Source: Chiloscyllium plagiosum (lineage: Eukaryota). Taken from it: DNA of 64,000 nt. The notes beneath the pieces were generated by a model that had not been told where the DNA came from, made no database searches, and worked only from the letters and a program-made list of their open reading frames with translations. Below, one piece after another: positions 24,192 through 36,760 of the stretch. Made by a program: the position numbers and the translations under genes. The stretch is taken from the NCBI RefSeq assembly GCF_004010195.1, contig NC_057751.1:2244464-2308463 (forward strand), in the 5' to 3' direction. Position 1 is the stretch's first letter. The number at the start of each line of letters is the position of its first letter.

Positions 24192-27074
24192 ACTGTTCCA
24201 TTATAGTAACACCCCGTAAACATAGCCTTGGCAAAAAGGCAAATTCAGAAATCAGGTTGTTTCACATGCAGTTCTCCAATCCAGTATGGAAAGAACATCA
24301 AAGGTCAATTCTGAGAGAGAGAGTGTAGCAGCTGGGAGAGAGTCACTGCCTGATGCGACCCCAGCAACAAATGCTGAAAACTAACTAAACTCCTGGCTCT
24401 GTGAGAGCTTGAACACACCCCCTCAGGCTGCCTCTACTGTACCAACTTTTAAAAACAAACTCCAAGGCCTCGGCAGTTGTTAGTCTTCTCATAGACTGCT
24501 CGGCACCTGTCCCCCAATCTCTCCCAAAAAGAAACTAGGACAAAACACACCTTTTGAAGCTACAGAATCATCACATATGGAGGAAAGGTCATTAATGAAG
24601 CAGCTAAAGATGAGTGGGCTGAGGAACTCCTGCAGCGATGTCCTAGAGCATGGATGACTGACCTTCAACTACAATCACCTGCCTGTGTTAGGTATGACTC
24701 GAGGCAGTGGAGAGTTCGCCTCTGATTCCCATTGATTTGAGTTTTGTGATGGCTTCTTGATGTCACACACGATTGAAAACTGCACACTTGCCTAACCTCT
24801 GAAATTCCGCATTCTTGTCCATGTTTGAACCAAAGCTGTGATGAGATCAGGAGCTGAGTGCCCATGGTGGAACCCAACCTGAGCATTCGTCAGCAGAATG
24901 TTGTTTATCTGCTGCTGCTTGATAGCACTGTCAATGAAACTTTCTATTACTTTAGTGATAGTCAGGAGTACATTGACAGGGTGGCAGTTGGCCACTTGAA
25001 TTTGTCCTACTTTTTGCGGACAGCACTTACCTAGGCAATTTTCCACATTGTTCGGTAAATGCCAGCAGTATACTGCATTGGAAGAGCTTGGCTAGAGAAG
25101 CAGCAAGCTCTACAGCATGTCTTCTGTCCTGCAACCAGAATGTTGTCAACATCCATAGCCTTTGCAAGGTTCCAGTGCCTCTCATCATTTTGTGATATGT
25201 GCAGTGAATTAAGACTGACATCTGTGATGCTGGGTATGACTGGAAAAAGCCAAAGTGGATTATCTACTGAGCACTTCTGGCTGAGGATTGCTTGAATGCT
25301 TCAGCATTGTCTTTTGCACTAATGTGTTGGGCTCTTCCAACATTGAAGATGGGATATTTATGGATTCTTGTCTTCCAGTGAGTGCTTAACTATCCACCAC
25401 CATTCACAACTGTATTTGGCAAGACTACAGAGCTGAGATCTGATCTGTAGGATTGCTAAGCTCTGTCTATCATTTGCTGCTTACGCTAATTGGCATGCAA
25501 GTAGTTGTGTTTTGTACCTTCTCAAGATTGGAACCTCATTTTTTTAGGCATGACGTGTGCTGGCACATCCTCCTGCTCGCTCCATTGAACCAAGGCTGGT
25601 TCCTTGATTTGATGGTAATGGTTTAGTGGACAATATGCCAAGCCATGAGGTTGCAGATTGTGGTGGAGTACAATTCTGCTGCTGTTGATCGCCCAAAGCA
25701 CCTTATGGATGCCCAGTCTTGAGTTGCTGGATCTGTTTGAAGTCTGTCCCATTTAGCACAGTGATACTGCCACACAAAACGACAAGGTGAAGGTGAGAGT
25801 TCATATCCACAAGAACTGTGCAATGGTCACTCTTACTGATACTGTCATGTACAAATGCATGCAGCCAGCAGATTGGTAAGGATGAGGTCAAGTATATTTT
25901 TCCCTCTTATTGGTTCCCTCAGTCTGGCAGCTATGTCCTTCAGGACTCAACCAGATTGATCAGTAGTACTGCTGTCAAGCCACATTTGGATAGATTTTGC
26001 ATCTTTGCCACCCTCAGTGCTTCTTCCAACTGTTGGACAACATGGACGAGTTTTGATTTCTCAGTTGAAGGATGTGGTGATCAGCAGGATGTTTCCGTGC
26101 CCACACTTAACTTGAAACCATGAGACTTCATGGGGTTTGGACTCCCAGGGCAATTTTCTTCCGACTGTATATCATTGTGCGTCACCTCTGCTGGGTTTAT
26201 CCTACCGTTAGGACAAGATATCATCATATCCAGTGATGGTGATGATGGTGTCTAAGACATTATCAGGTAAGATTGCACTAGTATAACTGCTAGGCTATTG
26301 CTTGATCAGTCTGTGAGATAACTCTCCCAATTTTGACACTCGCCTCAAGGTGTAAGGGGGATTTTGCAGGGCCAACAGGGCTATTTCTGCCATTGTTATT
26401 TCCAGTGACTTAGGTCGATGCCAGATGGTCCGCCCGGTTTCATTTCTTTGTTGAGACTTCATCACGACTGATACAACTAAATAGCTTGCTCGTCAATTTC
26501 AGAGGGCAACTGAGAGTCAACCATATGCGATGGTTTTGGAGTCACACATCAGCCAGACCAGATGAGGATGGCAGATTTTCTTGCCTGAAGGACATTAGTG
26601 AACCAGATGGGTTTTTCAGACAATTGGCAATGGTTTCATGGTTATTAGTGGCTTGTTAATTCTAATTTTTTACATTGAATTTAAATTCCACCATCTGCCA
26701 GTGCAGGATATGAACCCAGGTCACCAGAACATTAGCTGAATTTCTGGATTAATTGTCTAGTGAGAATACCGCTCGGCCATTGCCTGAACGAGAGACTTGG
26801 GCACAGGTTTGAGGAGATTATCTATTCTTTATTAAAGTCATTTTTATATCTGAATGCAATCAACACTTTTCTTGCTCTTGTACTGTGCAGCTTACTGGAA
26901 TATGCCAGAGTGGTTTCATAAAGATCATTCAACAAAAACTGAAGTGTAAGATCTGGCCCGACAATACCGTACTGAGAACTGGAACATACTTCTGCATTCA
27001 CTTTATTTAGTTGCCATTGTAATGATTAATTAAATATGAAGTTGTTTATTTCAATACCCTTAATCTTATTGAAT

Positions 27075-27391
27075 TACAGAATCCCATCGAGTCCACACCT
27101 ACCCTCCAAAGAGCATCCCACGCAGAACCACCCTCTCACCCTATCCCTGTAACCCCACAATTACCCTGGATATCCACCAAGCCTGTATATCCCTGTACAC
27201 TATGGCTAATTTCCCATGGCCAATCCACTGAGCGTGCATATCATTGGACTTTGAGAGGAAACCAGTGGACCCGGAGGAAACCCCTGCAAACACAGGGATA
27301 ATGTACATACAGGCAGCTGCCTGAGGAATTAAACCCAGGTCCCTTGTGCTGTGAGGTAGCAATGCTAACCACTGAGCCACCATGCCACCCC
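27075..27391 (-). mobile_element. HE1 / V-SINE (older copy)
   Basis: rc GGTGGCATGGTGGCTCAGTGGTTAGCATTGCT head and V domain. Confidence 0.8.
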
Positions 27392-28512
27392 TTATGGTCA
27401 AGGTGAATTCATTGTAGTTCATAGAAGACAAGCAAATCCAGAGAGCAAGAGTTTCCTGAGTGAGTCGTCTAACTTTTTGGGATGAAGTTAATTAATACCA
27501 GGTTGCTGATCACTTTGAGCAGTTAGATTCTGGACTGATGAAGCCTTATACTATGGCAGGTTTCTAGTGAAGGATGTAATGACTACAAAAACTTACATAA
27601 TTGCCTTCACTACAATAAAACATTACAAATGTTTTGTAGGAGTAACGTAAAACTAAGTCTGACCCCGAAGACACGCAAGCAAACATTTGGTCAGGTGATC
27701 AAGAGCTTTGACAAATAGGTAGATTATAAGGAGTCTCTTAAAGTGAGGAGGGTATTCTTCGATTTGGAGTGCAGGGAGCTGAAAAGGTATGACCACTAAT
27801 TGTAGAGTCCATCAATGCATCAAATCTACATTCACTGAGAATCTTAATTTTTATCAGCATTTTTTGCTCTTCTGTTAAAGAATGGTGCCATATTCCCAAA
27901 GGGCCACAGGCATCTCTTTCCATTACAGAGAGAGAGAGAGAGACAGTCAGTTTTGTATTGCTTGAGGGTAATCACTCCACAAGCAGAGGGTTAGGTGAGG
28001 TGGCAGGCCAGCTAAACCATCCAACCATTAAGGGATTAAACTTGTGCACGTGGCTTTACTCTTCACCACACATTTCTCATCTTGGCAACTGTGCTGATTG
28101 CCGTTCGGCTTGCTGTTACTTGCAATTTCAGTCATTGACCTTGCTCATATCATTTGTGCTGCGCAAAGTGAGAGTCAATTCGCACGCTGTGACCCTTCAG
28201 TCCAGCTCAAGAGTCTAGCTTGGAAAAGGATTATTCTCTGAAATTCATGCTGCTCATGTCAAAAGGAGGGAACAAGAGGAAAGAATGAGCAATATTAGCA
28301 TACAAATGCACACTGAATTGGTCTGAAACTTCCCTGTCTGATATTTTAATTGCGATGAATGGGTCAATGCCTCAATCAAAATAAATTAAAGGATTTTGAT
28401 CCAATTGTTTTATATCCTAATACTGCACAAATGATAGGTTTTTTTGGAGCAGACCAACTCCAAGCTCACATTGAGTTATTTCTCAGCTGTGACAGGTTCC
28501 TTCATGAGATAC

Positions 28513-28639
28513 CTTCACAGTGACACTTGCTGATTTAACATTCTTCATTCCACATTTTCCATCTTTAAAGCAAGAACCAGACAAGGAACAGCAAAATCTT
28601 CCAATGTTGTTCCTTGTCTGGTTCTTGTGTGCCAAAATA
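28513..28639 (-). other. putative exon (127 bp) containing the 20-bp hairpin
   Basis: Acceptor TTCTCCATTTCCAG and donor AAG|GTATCT. Confidence 0.3.
28571..28627. repeat. perfect 20-bp inverted repeat with 17-nt spacer
   Basis: CAAGAACCAGACAAGGAACA (28571-28590) pairs with TGTTCCTTGTCTGGTTCTTG (28608-28627). Confidence 0.9.
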
Positions 28640-28769
28640 CTGGAAATGGAGAACATTACATAATACAGAGTACACACCTAAAATCAGTTGCACTCACTTC
28701 TCATGGTATCGCTGCCCAGTTTATGAGAATAGTGAAAATAAATGTTAACCTTTTGAAGGAATAAAATGG

Positions 28770-30775
28770 CGAGGTAAAAATAGGAAACTCAAAAATGATA
28801 GTGGCATTAAACTAATATTTAATCTCTGTTTTCACAGTGGAAGATAAAAACGTCTTCCCAAAACTGCAGTTACTACAAAGGAACTTTGCGAAATTATGGT
28901 AACTATGGGGAAGATATTAAGTAAACTGAAGGGATTAAGGACAGATAAAATCTCCATAGCCTGATTTCCTGCAACCTACGGTATTAAATGAGGTGGCAAC
29001 AGAGATAATGGATGCATTAGTTACGATATTCCCAAATTCCTGGGATTCTGGACAGTTTTCAGTGGTTTGGAAACATGTTAGTGTGACACCCTTAGACAAA
29101 AAAGATGGGCAAATGGTGGGAAACTACAGACCAGTGGTTTGACCTCTGTAGTGGGGAAGTTGCTGGAGTTAATCATAAAGAAGGCCGTAACAGAACACTT
29201 GGAGAAACAAAGCTCAATTCACCAGTGTCAGCATGGTTTCATAAAGGGCAAATCGTGCTCAACAAACCTAGATTTGTTTGAGAATGGAACCAGCAAGATG
29301 GATGTGGTACATCTAGATATTCAGAAAGCATTTGACAAGGTACTGTATAAAAGACTGATCCAGAAGGCTAGATCCCAAAGGGTTGAGAGTGGAGGCTGGG
29401 GCGTGAATTGGCTGACTGACTGACAGAAAGCAGAGGGTTGGGATAAACTGATCCTTCTCTGGATGGCGAACTGCAAATTGTGGGGTGCCGCAGAGTTCAG
29501 TTCTCGAAACTCAATCGATATATAATTTATTTACAATCTATAAAAATGATCTGATTGCAGGGACAGAATGTAACTGAGAAAACTTCACGGATGATACTAA
29601 AATACATGGGAAAGCAAACAATGTTGAGGAGATGAAGAGTTTACAGATATCAATAGGCTAAGAGAATGTGCCAGAATCTGGCAGATGAAGCTTAATGTGG
29701 ATAAGTATGAGGTTACCATGACATCACATGACCTACCATACCACACAACCTGGTGTTGTGTGATTTTTAAGTATGAGGTTGTCCATTTTGGCCAGCAAAA
29801 TAAAAGGGCAAATTACTACTTAAATGGGAAAAAGATTCAAAGTGTGTCACTGTAGAGGGATCTGGGTGTCTCTGTGCATGAATTGCAGAAAATGGGTTCG
29901 TATGTGCAGTTTAATCAGAAAAAATGGAATCTTGACATGTATTGTAAAAGGAATGGATTATAAAAAGAAAATTCAGAAAATGTGGCACTGGAAAAGCACA
30001 GCTGGTCAGCCACCATCTGAAGAGCAAAACAGTCGACATTTCAAGCATAAGCTCTTCATCAGGAATGTCCCTGATGAAGAGCTTATGCTTGAAACATAGA
30101 CTCTCTTGCTCCTCAGATGCTGCCTGACCTGCCGTACTTTTCCAGTGCCACTCTTTTTGACTCTGATCTCCAGCATCTGCAATCCTCACATTCTTCTTTA
30201 TAAAAGTGTTGTTACAATTATATAAGATATTGGTTAGACCACACCTGGAGGAGTGTGGACAGTTTTGGTCTCCTTACTTGAGGAAGGATGTGGTGACACT
30301 GGAGGCAGTTCAGAAAAGGTTAATCAGATTGATTCCAAGGATGAAAGGGATGTCATACAAGGAGCATTTGAATAGCTTGGGTTTGTACTCACTCGAGTTC
30401 AGAAGAATGAGGGGGGATCTGATTTAAGTATATAAAATGCAAAAGGGTTTGATAAGGTGAATTCTGAACAGATGTTTCCCCTTGTGAGATAGTCTTGAAC
30501 AAGAGGTCATAGATAAAGAGTCAGAGGAATAAAGTTCAAAACTGAGATGAGGAGAAACTGCTTCTCTCAGAGGGTTGTGAATCTGTGGAAGTCACTGCCT
30601 CAGACTGCAGTGGAAACAAAATTAATCAACAGATTCAAGCAAGAAACAGATATGTTTTGGATAGGATAAAGGGCTATGGGGAGCACGCAGGTAATTGAAG
30701 TTGAGACAAGGTTAAGATCAGTCATGAAGGGCTGAAGTGCATACTCATACTCCAAATTCCGATGTTCCTATCATC
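28770..30775 (+). mobile_element. CR1 LINE, 5'-truncated RT pseudogene with two PLE-derived inserts
   Basis: TSVVGKLLELII..QHGFIKGKSCSTNL..LDIQKAFDKV and LYKILVRPHLE..WSPYLRKD; inserts at 29715-29767 and about 29969-30196. Confidence 0.9.
29969..30196. mobile_element. palindromic PLE-terminus unit with paired hammerhead cores
   Basis: TTTCAAGCATAAGCTCTTCATCAG-GAATGTCC-CTGATGAAGAGCTTATGCTTGAAA; TTATAAAA duplicated on the flanks. Confidence 0.85.
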
Positions 30776-31022
30776 AAATTATCCACAGTGCAAAAGGTAA
30801 AAATGATCAAAAACTAATGGCAGTGAGCATGAAAAATTCTGAACTATGATATCATTATGATCATTTAGTGATGGAATATTCTTTATCACATCACAACTGA
30901 ACTGGGAAGTGTGCCGATAATAAAGTCCCATTGTTCCACAGGCCATCACAAATGCCTGAGTTATCCAATTAAACCTCCAAGTTCAATTGGCCTGCCACGC
31001 AGCTAATCAGTACAAAAGTAAC

Positions 31023-32445
31023 TGTCATGACATTTTGTCATGAATAGTGTAAGGTATAGGGTTAAAATTGTGCAGAATAAGGGAACAGGTGTTGTTTCTG
31101 CAAAAGCTTACATTATAAAATTAGGCTGTGCATACAAATACTAAACAGTGAGAAGCGAAAAGATAGAATTATCTATGACTACTAAGGCAGAGCAATCGTG
31201 GAGCGGGATGTACCAGGCATAGGAAAACGGAAAGAAGCAAAAACAGGTACAATTATCTCTGACTAATAGGGCAGAGCAACCGTGTAGCGGGATGTACCAG
31301 TAACAGGAGAATAGTGTGCCAGTCTCAGGAGTGATGTGGCCAACGGATGGAATTTAGTTTGGTAGGATGATCGCACGAAGACAGCAAACTATACCAGGAT
31401 AGTCACATATAAGGAATGAGATAAATAAGAGTAAAGGGCGACAGGCTTAGAGTAATGGGAGAAGTAAACAGAGGCGGAGAGAAGCTAGACAAAGGTGGAG
31501 CGAAGCTAGAGCTTATGATAGGCCATGCGCTACAGTAAAAGTAACCAATGGGGTGAAAGGGAAGGACCGAGAGACGCAGCTGAACAGCATAAATCAGAAT
31601 GTAACCCTCAGATCGAGGTGCTCACTCGTTAGGCACCCAATCTTTGCAAGTATGTATCAATAAAATTCGCTGCTTCAGAATTTGATTCGGACTGAAATTT
31701 ATTAATATGTGAGTTTTGTTTCTCACAATAGGAAAATAACTTCATTTTGTGAACAAACTTATTAACAATTGGTTAAAAAAAATTAGTACACAAATTGCAC
31801 TAGCTTTATCCATTTAAAACTCCAAATACAAGACAAACAAAAAGACAGTTTGGCACATATACTGTGGGTTGTAAAATACAGGCAGAGTAAAACAAATTCT
31901 GTTGTTCAAGCGTCCAGACTACAAGGATGTGAGTTGCTTCTCACTGAGCTTTTGGTTTTTTAAAATGATGTTGGCTAAACCAATATTGATCTAATTCGAT
32001 AAACCAAGGTGACCTAGGATTGATCTAGGTCTTTGTTTGTGTCAAAATTCCTTTTCATACCTTCAAAGTTCTGTCTTTTCACAGAGAGGGATATTTGGAG
32101 ATGTTCCTTGCTTGCATGCATCTGCATGTCTCTGAATGCAATGTAATCACAGGAACATACTGCAGCTTGTGGAATGCAAAGGCTGTTTCGGCTGTTTTTC
32201 CTTCACTCAAAGACTCCTGGTGCCATACCATCTCACAAAGTATCCACCTCACTGCACCATGCAATCTACTTGCTCTTCAAATGGCAGAAAACATTCTCCT
32301 TGTTCTCTTTTAGATTATAAGTGTCTAAATTTAATTTTCAAGTTTATAGTCCAAAGTAAAAATGTGTTCCCTTACAACAAGAGTCTGTTTTTTTCTGAGT
32401 AAGAATGCTACTTTTACCTGTTTAAGATAAGTACATGTCACGACA
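31023..32445. mobile_element. older solo-LTR-like element hosting a younger solo LTR
   Basis: Inverted termini TGTCATGACAT...ATGTCACGACA; about 740 bp once the insert is removed; no TSD seen. Confidence 0.55.
31048..31727 (+). mobile_element. solo LTR (680 bp) with 4-bp TSD
   Basis: TG...CA termini; TSD ATAG at 31044-31047 and 31728-31731; AATAAA at about 31659; internal duplicated GGCAGAGCAA.CGTG.AGCGGGATGTACCAG units. Confidence 0.9.
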
Positions 32446-32449
32446 TGTA

Positions 32450-32725
32450 ATTAGCATTTGTTGTTTATTCCCAATTGCCCTTGAGGAGGTAATGCTGAGC
32501 CACATTTTTGAACCAGTACTGAGGGTTGGTAAACCTAAATTGTTGTTAGAAAGGAAGTTCAGGATTTTGATACAGTGCAAGTGAAGGAATGGTGATATAG
32601 TTCAAAGTCAGGATGATGTGCCGCTGAGAAAGAAACTTGCACAGCATGGTGTTGCACTTGCATGTGCTGCTCTCATCCTTCCAAATTGAAGAGGAAGGTG
32701 CTATATAAAGCCATGGTGAATCAAG
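32450..32725 (-). mobile_element. 3' terminal fragment of the tRNA-headed LINE family
   Basis: Begins with AGCATTTGTTGTTTATTCCCAATTGCCC, matching the SINE tail at 11201-11228; its far end resembles 19410-19490. Confidence 0.6.
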
Positions 32726-33084
32726 TTTGGGTCTTACATTTTGGAACTCAGTTAGCAAGGCAGGAAAGAGAAATCGTCAGGGTGATTGTTCAACACGCTT
32801 CTCGTCAGACAAAACTATGTCTTATTGTTGTAACAACGTTTACTGTTTGGTTGTACATCTCTCAATACACAGATCGCCGAGTTCCAGATGTCAAGCAAAA
32901 AAGGATGAGATTACCACACACTTAGCTAAAGAAAAAGCTATTGTGAAGAAACAAAGTCTCAATTCAAACAGAATTATGCAATGCAATCTCCAGCAGTACA
33001 AAAGTCAAAGCACAGCATTTAAAGGTAATGCACAATCCTGCAGAGCTGAAATTGCACTTTTAAAAAACGCGTGTGATGCGCATG

Positions 33085-33425
33085 TCGATGACATATCCAA
33101 CATTTGTTGCTGATCCTGAACTGCTCTTGAACTGAGTGACTTTGTGCCATTTAAGGGGTCAGCTAAGGATCAACACTGCTGTGTATACAGAGTAACATAT
33201 AGTCCAGATCAGATAAGTGTCACAGGCTTATTTTCCTAAGAGATAGGAGTGAACCAGATGGGTTTTTGCAACAATGATAGTTCTTAGGGCTGCCAAAACT
33301 GAGATAAGCATTATATTTCAGAATTATGAATTGCCTTTAAATTCTCCAAGCTGATATGCTGGGATTTAAACCATGTTTTCAAAGCATGAGCCTGTGCCTC
33401 CAGATAGCTAGTCCAGTGACAGTAA
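33085..33425 (-). mobile_element. old copy of the tRNA-headed SINE
   Basis: AGTGAACCAGATGGGTTTTT core and degenerate head. Confidence 0.6.
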
Positions 33426-36371
33426 AAGGGTTCACATCACATTGCATTTCTTCATGAAAAGTGCTAAACATACATTTCTTTCTTTCAATTTTGAAATAAT
33501 GCTGGGTAAGAGAGATGGGCTGGATTATGTTTCTCAGATTTGAACAGATTGGGTTCATTTCATCTGATTGGAGAAGGCTGAGGGGTCTTGCAGTAAGGCT
33601 TTGAAAGTTTGGAAAGATGTTGCTTGGGGGATGCAGGGAAGAGGTTTACTCTTGTGTCAATGAGCAGAAGTACAGGCTATCAATATAGTCACCAATACAT
33701 CCAAACAGGAATTCAAGAAAAATCTTTTCTGTGAATAAAACGGTACTCACGTGGAACTCACAAGGAAACAGTTGAGACGAACTCTGCAGATACATTTCAC
33801 GGAAAACTTGAGAAGCATTTGATGGAAAGGGGTGAGAAGGGTGAGACAAAGAAAGATGTTAGAGGGTTCAATTGCAGCATAAACAGTGGTATTGACAGGT
33901 TGGGCTGAAGGGCAACTTTTCTTTCCAGTTTATTGTGTGGAAGTCATCTATATTTAACATAGTAATAGCTTCAATAGTTACTGGGAGTAAGTCCCAAGGA
34001 TCGAAAATACTGTATCGAGGTTGTTCTGAGTTTGCTGGCTCATGCTGACAAATTGAAACACAGCTTTGTAATGGTCCATGATCTTCAATTTGGCCAGAGT
34101 TAAAATGTAGCCTGAGACTCCATTTCTGAAAGGCCATATTGGCATTCGGGAGAGAAAAACAATTTTGTCTGTATCTCCGCCTCTGGCAGCACAATTACTA
34201 TCGGAAGGAAGCATCTTCTGAATATTTTACTGGTTTGAAAAATGTTAATAGTTCACATTTTAATACGAATAGAGATTTCAGCTATGTTATTTTCAAAATG
34301 TCATGCAGTTTACAGTATGCTGACAAGGTAAGGATATCATTACTTCAAATTATACAGACCAGAGAAACAGCGCTGCAATTAATAAATTAATTACAGGCAA
34401 ACGCTCAGGTCTTTATGCTTGTTGAGTAGTTTTTCCTTCTGTTTGACTAACATAGTATTAAGCCTTCAGAGTCTAGAGCTAATCCAACTGCATTCCCAGA
34501 GCTCACAAGGTGGCCAACAAAAGGGGCTTTGAACAGAGACCATTTAAACCAATAGTTACCTTGACCTTGGTGATGAAATACACCCCCAATAATGAAGAGG
34601 GATCTAAATTAGCAGGTATAAAAATTTAAGGGTGAGAAAGACCAACACTGGCAGCAGATGGCAATGAATGGATGGCATCACAAGAAAATTGCTTGAAAAC
34701 GTCCTGCAGAGGAGCTATCTAAACAAAGAAAAACACAAACCTAGATTCCCTGATCTGTAACTGAGTGAAATGGAGACTTATTCAGGAAAGGGACCGGATC
34801 TAGCTTCAGACGTGATTGGGAACATAGAGGAGCAGAACAAATGCACAGTGCATGCATCAACCTCCATACTCGTTGATTAAACGCACCAAGCACTTCTTTA
34901 TCCAACATAAGACAGACACACAAAGTGTGCATTGGACTTAAATAGCAATCTCAAAACCCATTGAACCCTGATCCCAAGTGACAGCCTATGAAGGAGAATG
35001 AACTTCCAATACTGATCATTGAATCCACAGCCTGCGGTTCCACATTTTTGCAGATGTTTTCCTGACAAATGCATCTGATATGAACCCTATTGGCTCTGTC
35101 TCCATAAACATTGAGCCTCTTGTACTCTACTCATTTTCATGGCATATTCATGTCTTCCAGATTGACCATAAAATGAATATGTTACAGAACAATCTTTGAA
35201 GTAATGTATGCATTTTGCACAACATGTGAAAGAGGTACAAATATAAATGGCTGATCTTTGTTTAGGTCATGTGTTTCAGATGGCGAATTAGAACCTGATT
35301 ACCTCTTTAAGTCTTCCTTTGGCACGTCTGAAGGCAAGTGAGTGAGTAATGGCAAATGAAGATTTAACAAGTGTTCAAACTCATCAAGGCAGTGGAGACT
35401 ATTTCCATGAGCAGAAAAGGATCCTTTTAAATGAAAAATGGCGGTGGAAGGGAGATTAAATATTAACTTTCAAAAGGGACTTGGATGACAGACTCAGGAC
35501 AGAAAAATTTGCAGGGCGATGGAGAATGAGCACTGAGTAATGTTTTAATGAATGGATAGCTGTTGTCAACATCCAGCACAGGCAATGGTAGAATGAATGA
35601 TGCCAGTATAAGATCTGATCTTGAGAATAAAACATTCAAAACCTCTAGTGATTTGATCCCCTTCAGCAATAACCAAGGAGGAATTTTCCTGATGGTCTGG
35701 AGACACATCTCTTTTCTCAGTAAATTCAACGGAAACATGCTCTTTTCATATGATGGCTACAGTTTTAATACTCATTTCTTTCCATTTTTCTGAGACTTCC
35801 TAACACTGCAATCAGTTTTCCAATTAGCTTCTAGCGATTGGATTTGCTATGTCGAGTCGTGTTACAAGAGAAGCTCTTTTCTTTGTATCACTTCTGGGTT
35901 CTTACCTTGTCCTTTGTTACTTTTGGTGTCTCCGTGTTTATTTGTTCCATAAAAAAACATCTTTTACACCTACAATCTTTCTTCAATCCTCCAATTTCCT
36001 TGTCTTTTCCCATATCACCATTTCCCCACCTGTAACTGTATGTGTGGGATCTCAGAAGACGTAATGGTCATCTAATGATAATTTTATGTTTGCACTTAAG
36101 CATTCTCTAAATTCTTGAAAAATCATTTCTCTCATATTCTCAAAGTTTCGATTAACTTCAGTGATCAAAACAACTGATCCCAGTGTTTCTTTATCTCATG
36201 CAAATTCTACAAATATCTGATTAAGTTTATCTCTTATGACAAGCTCATATGCATGCAAAATTGTTTTTCAAAAAAAAAATCAAGCCTGCACACTTTCCTT
36301 GTGACATATTGGCTGCCAATTCAAAGCTGTCTCTGTCAAAACATTCTGTAATACTAAGGTCGAAACGTGCA

Positions 36372-36760
36372 GTCATAAAGTTATACAGCACGGAAGCAGA
36401 CCCTTCGGTGTACACAGCTTGTCCACACAGACCAGACATCCCAGCCTGACCCAGTCCCATTTGTCAGCATTTTGGCCCATATCCCTCTAAACGCTTTCTG
36501 TTCATATACCAATCAAGATGACTTTTAAATGCTGTAATCATATCTGCCTCCACCACTTCCTCTGGCAGCTTGTGCCATACACACACACCACCCTCTGCGT
36601 GAACAAGTTACCCCTCAGGTCCTTTTAAATCTTTCTCTCCCACCTTAAACCTATCCATGATTTTATGAACCTCTGTAAGGTCACCCCTCAGCCTCCAACG
36701 CTCCAGGGAAAATAGCATTGGCCTATTCAGCCTCTCCCAAGAACTCAAACTCTCCACTCT
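36372..36760 (-). mobile_element. CR1 3' fragment
   Basis: Reverse complement of the CR1 3' end; similar to 42405-42850. Confidence 0.8.

Larger units (their letters stand above)
20048..24575 (-). mobile_element. solo LTR related to the gypsy LTRs at 54977 and 60951, split by CR1 20302-24191
   Basis: Begins TGTTATGGACC and ends ATCATCACA; near-TSD GATG/TATG; halves 20048-20301 and 24192-24575 are colinear with 60951-61573. Confidence 0.8.
19403..26785 (-). mobile_element. CR1-group-like EN-RT LINE with tRNA-like 5' head and no visible ORF1; split by a nested solo LTR (20048-24575)
   Basis: A box rc TGGCCGAGCGG at 26769-26779 and B box rc GGTTCATATCC at 26706-26716; APE remnants from about 26370 to 25800 (SISKSDHCTVLV); RT remnants ELAASLAKLFQCS, NCHPVNVLLTITKVIESFI and GFHHGHSAPDLITALVQTW; continues at 19403-20047. 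Confidence 0.8.
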
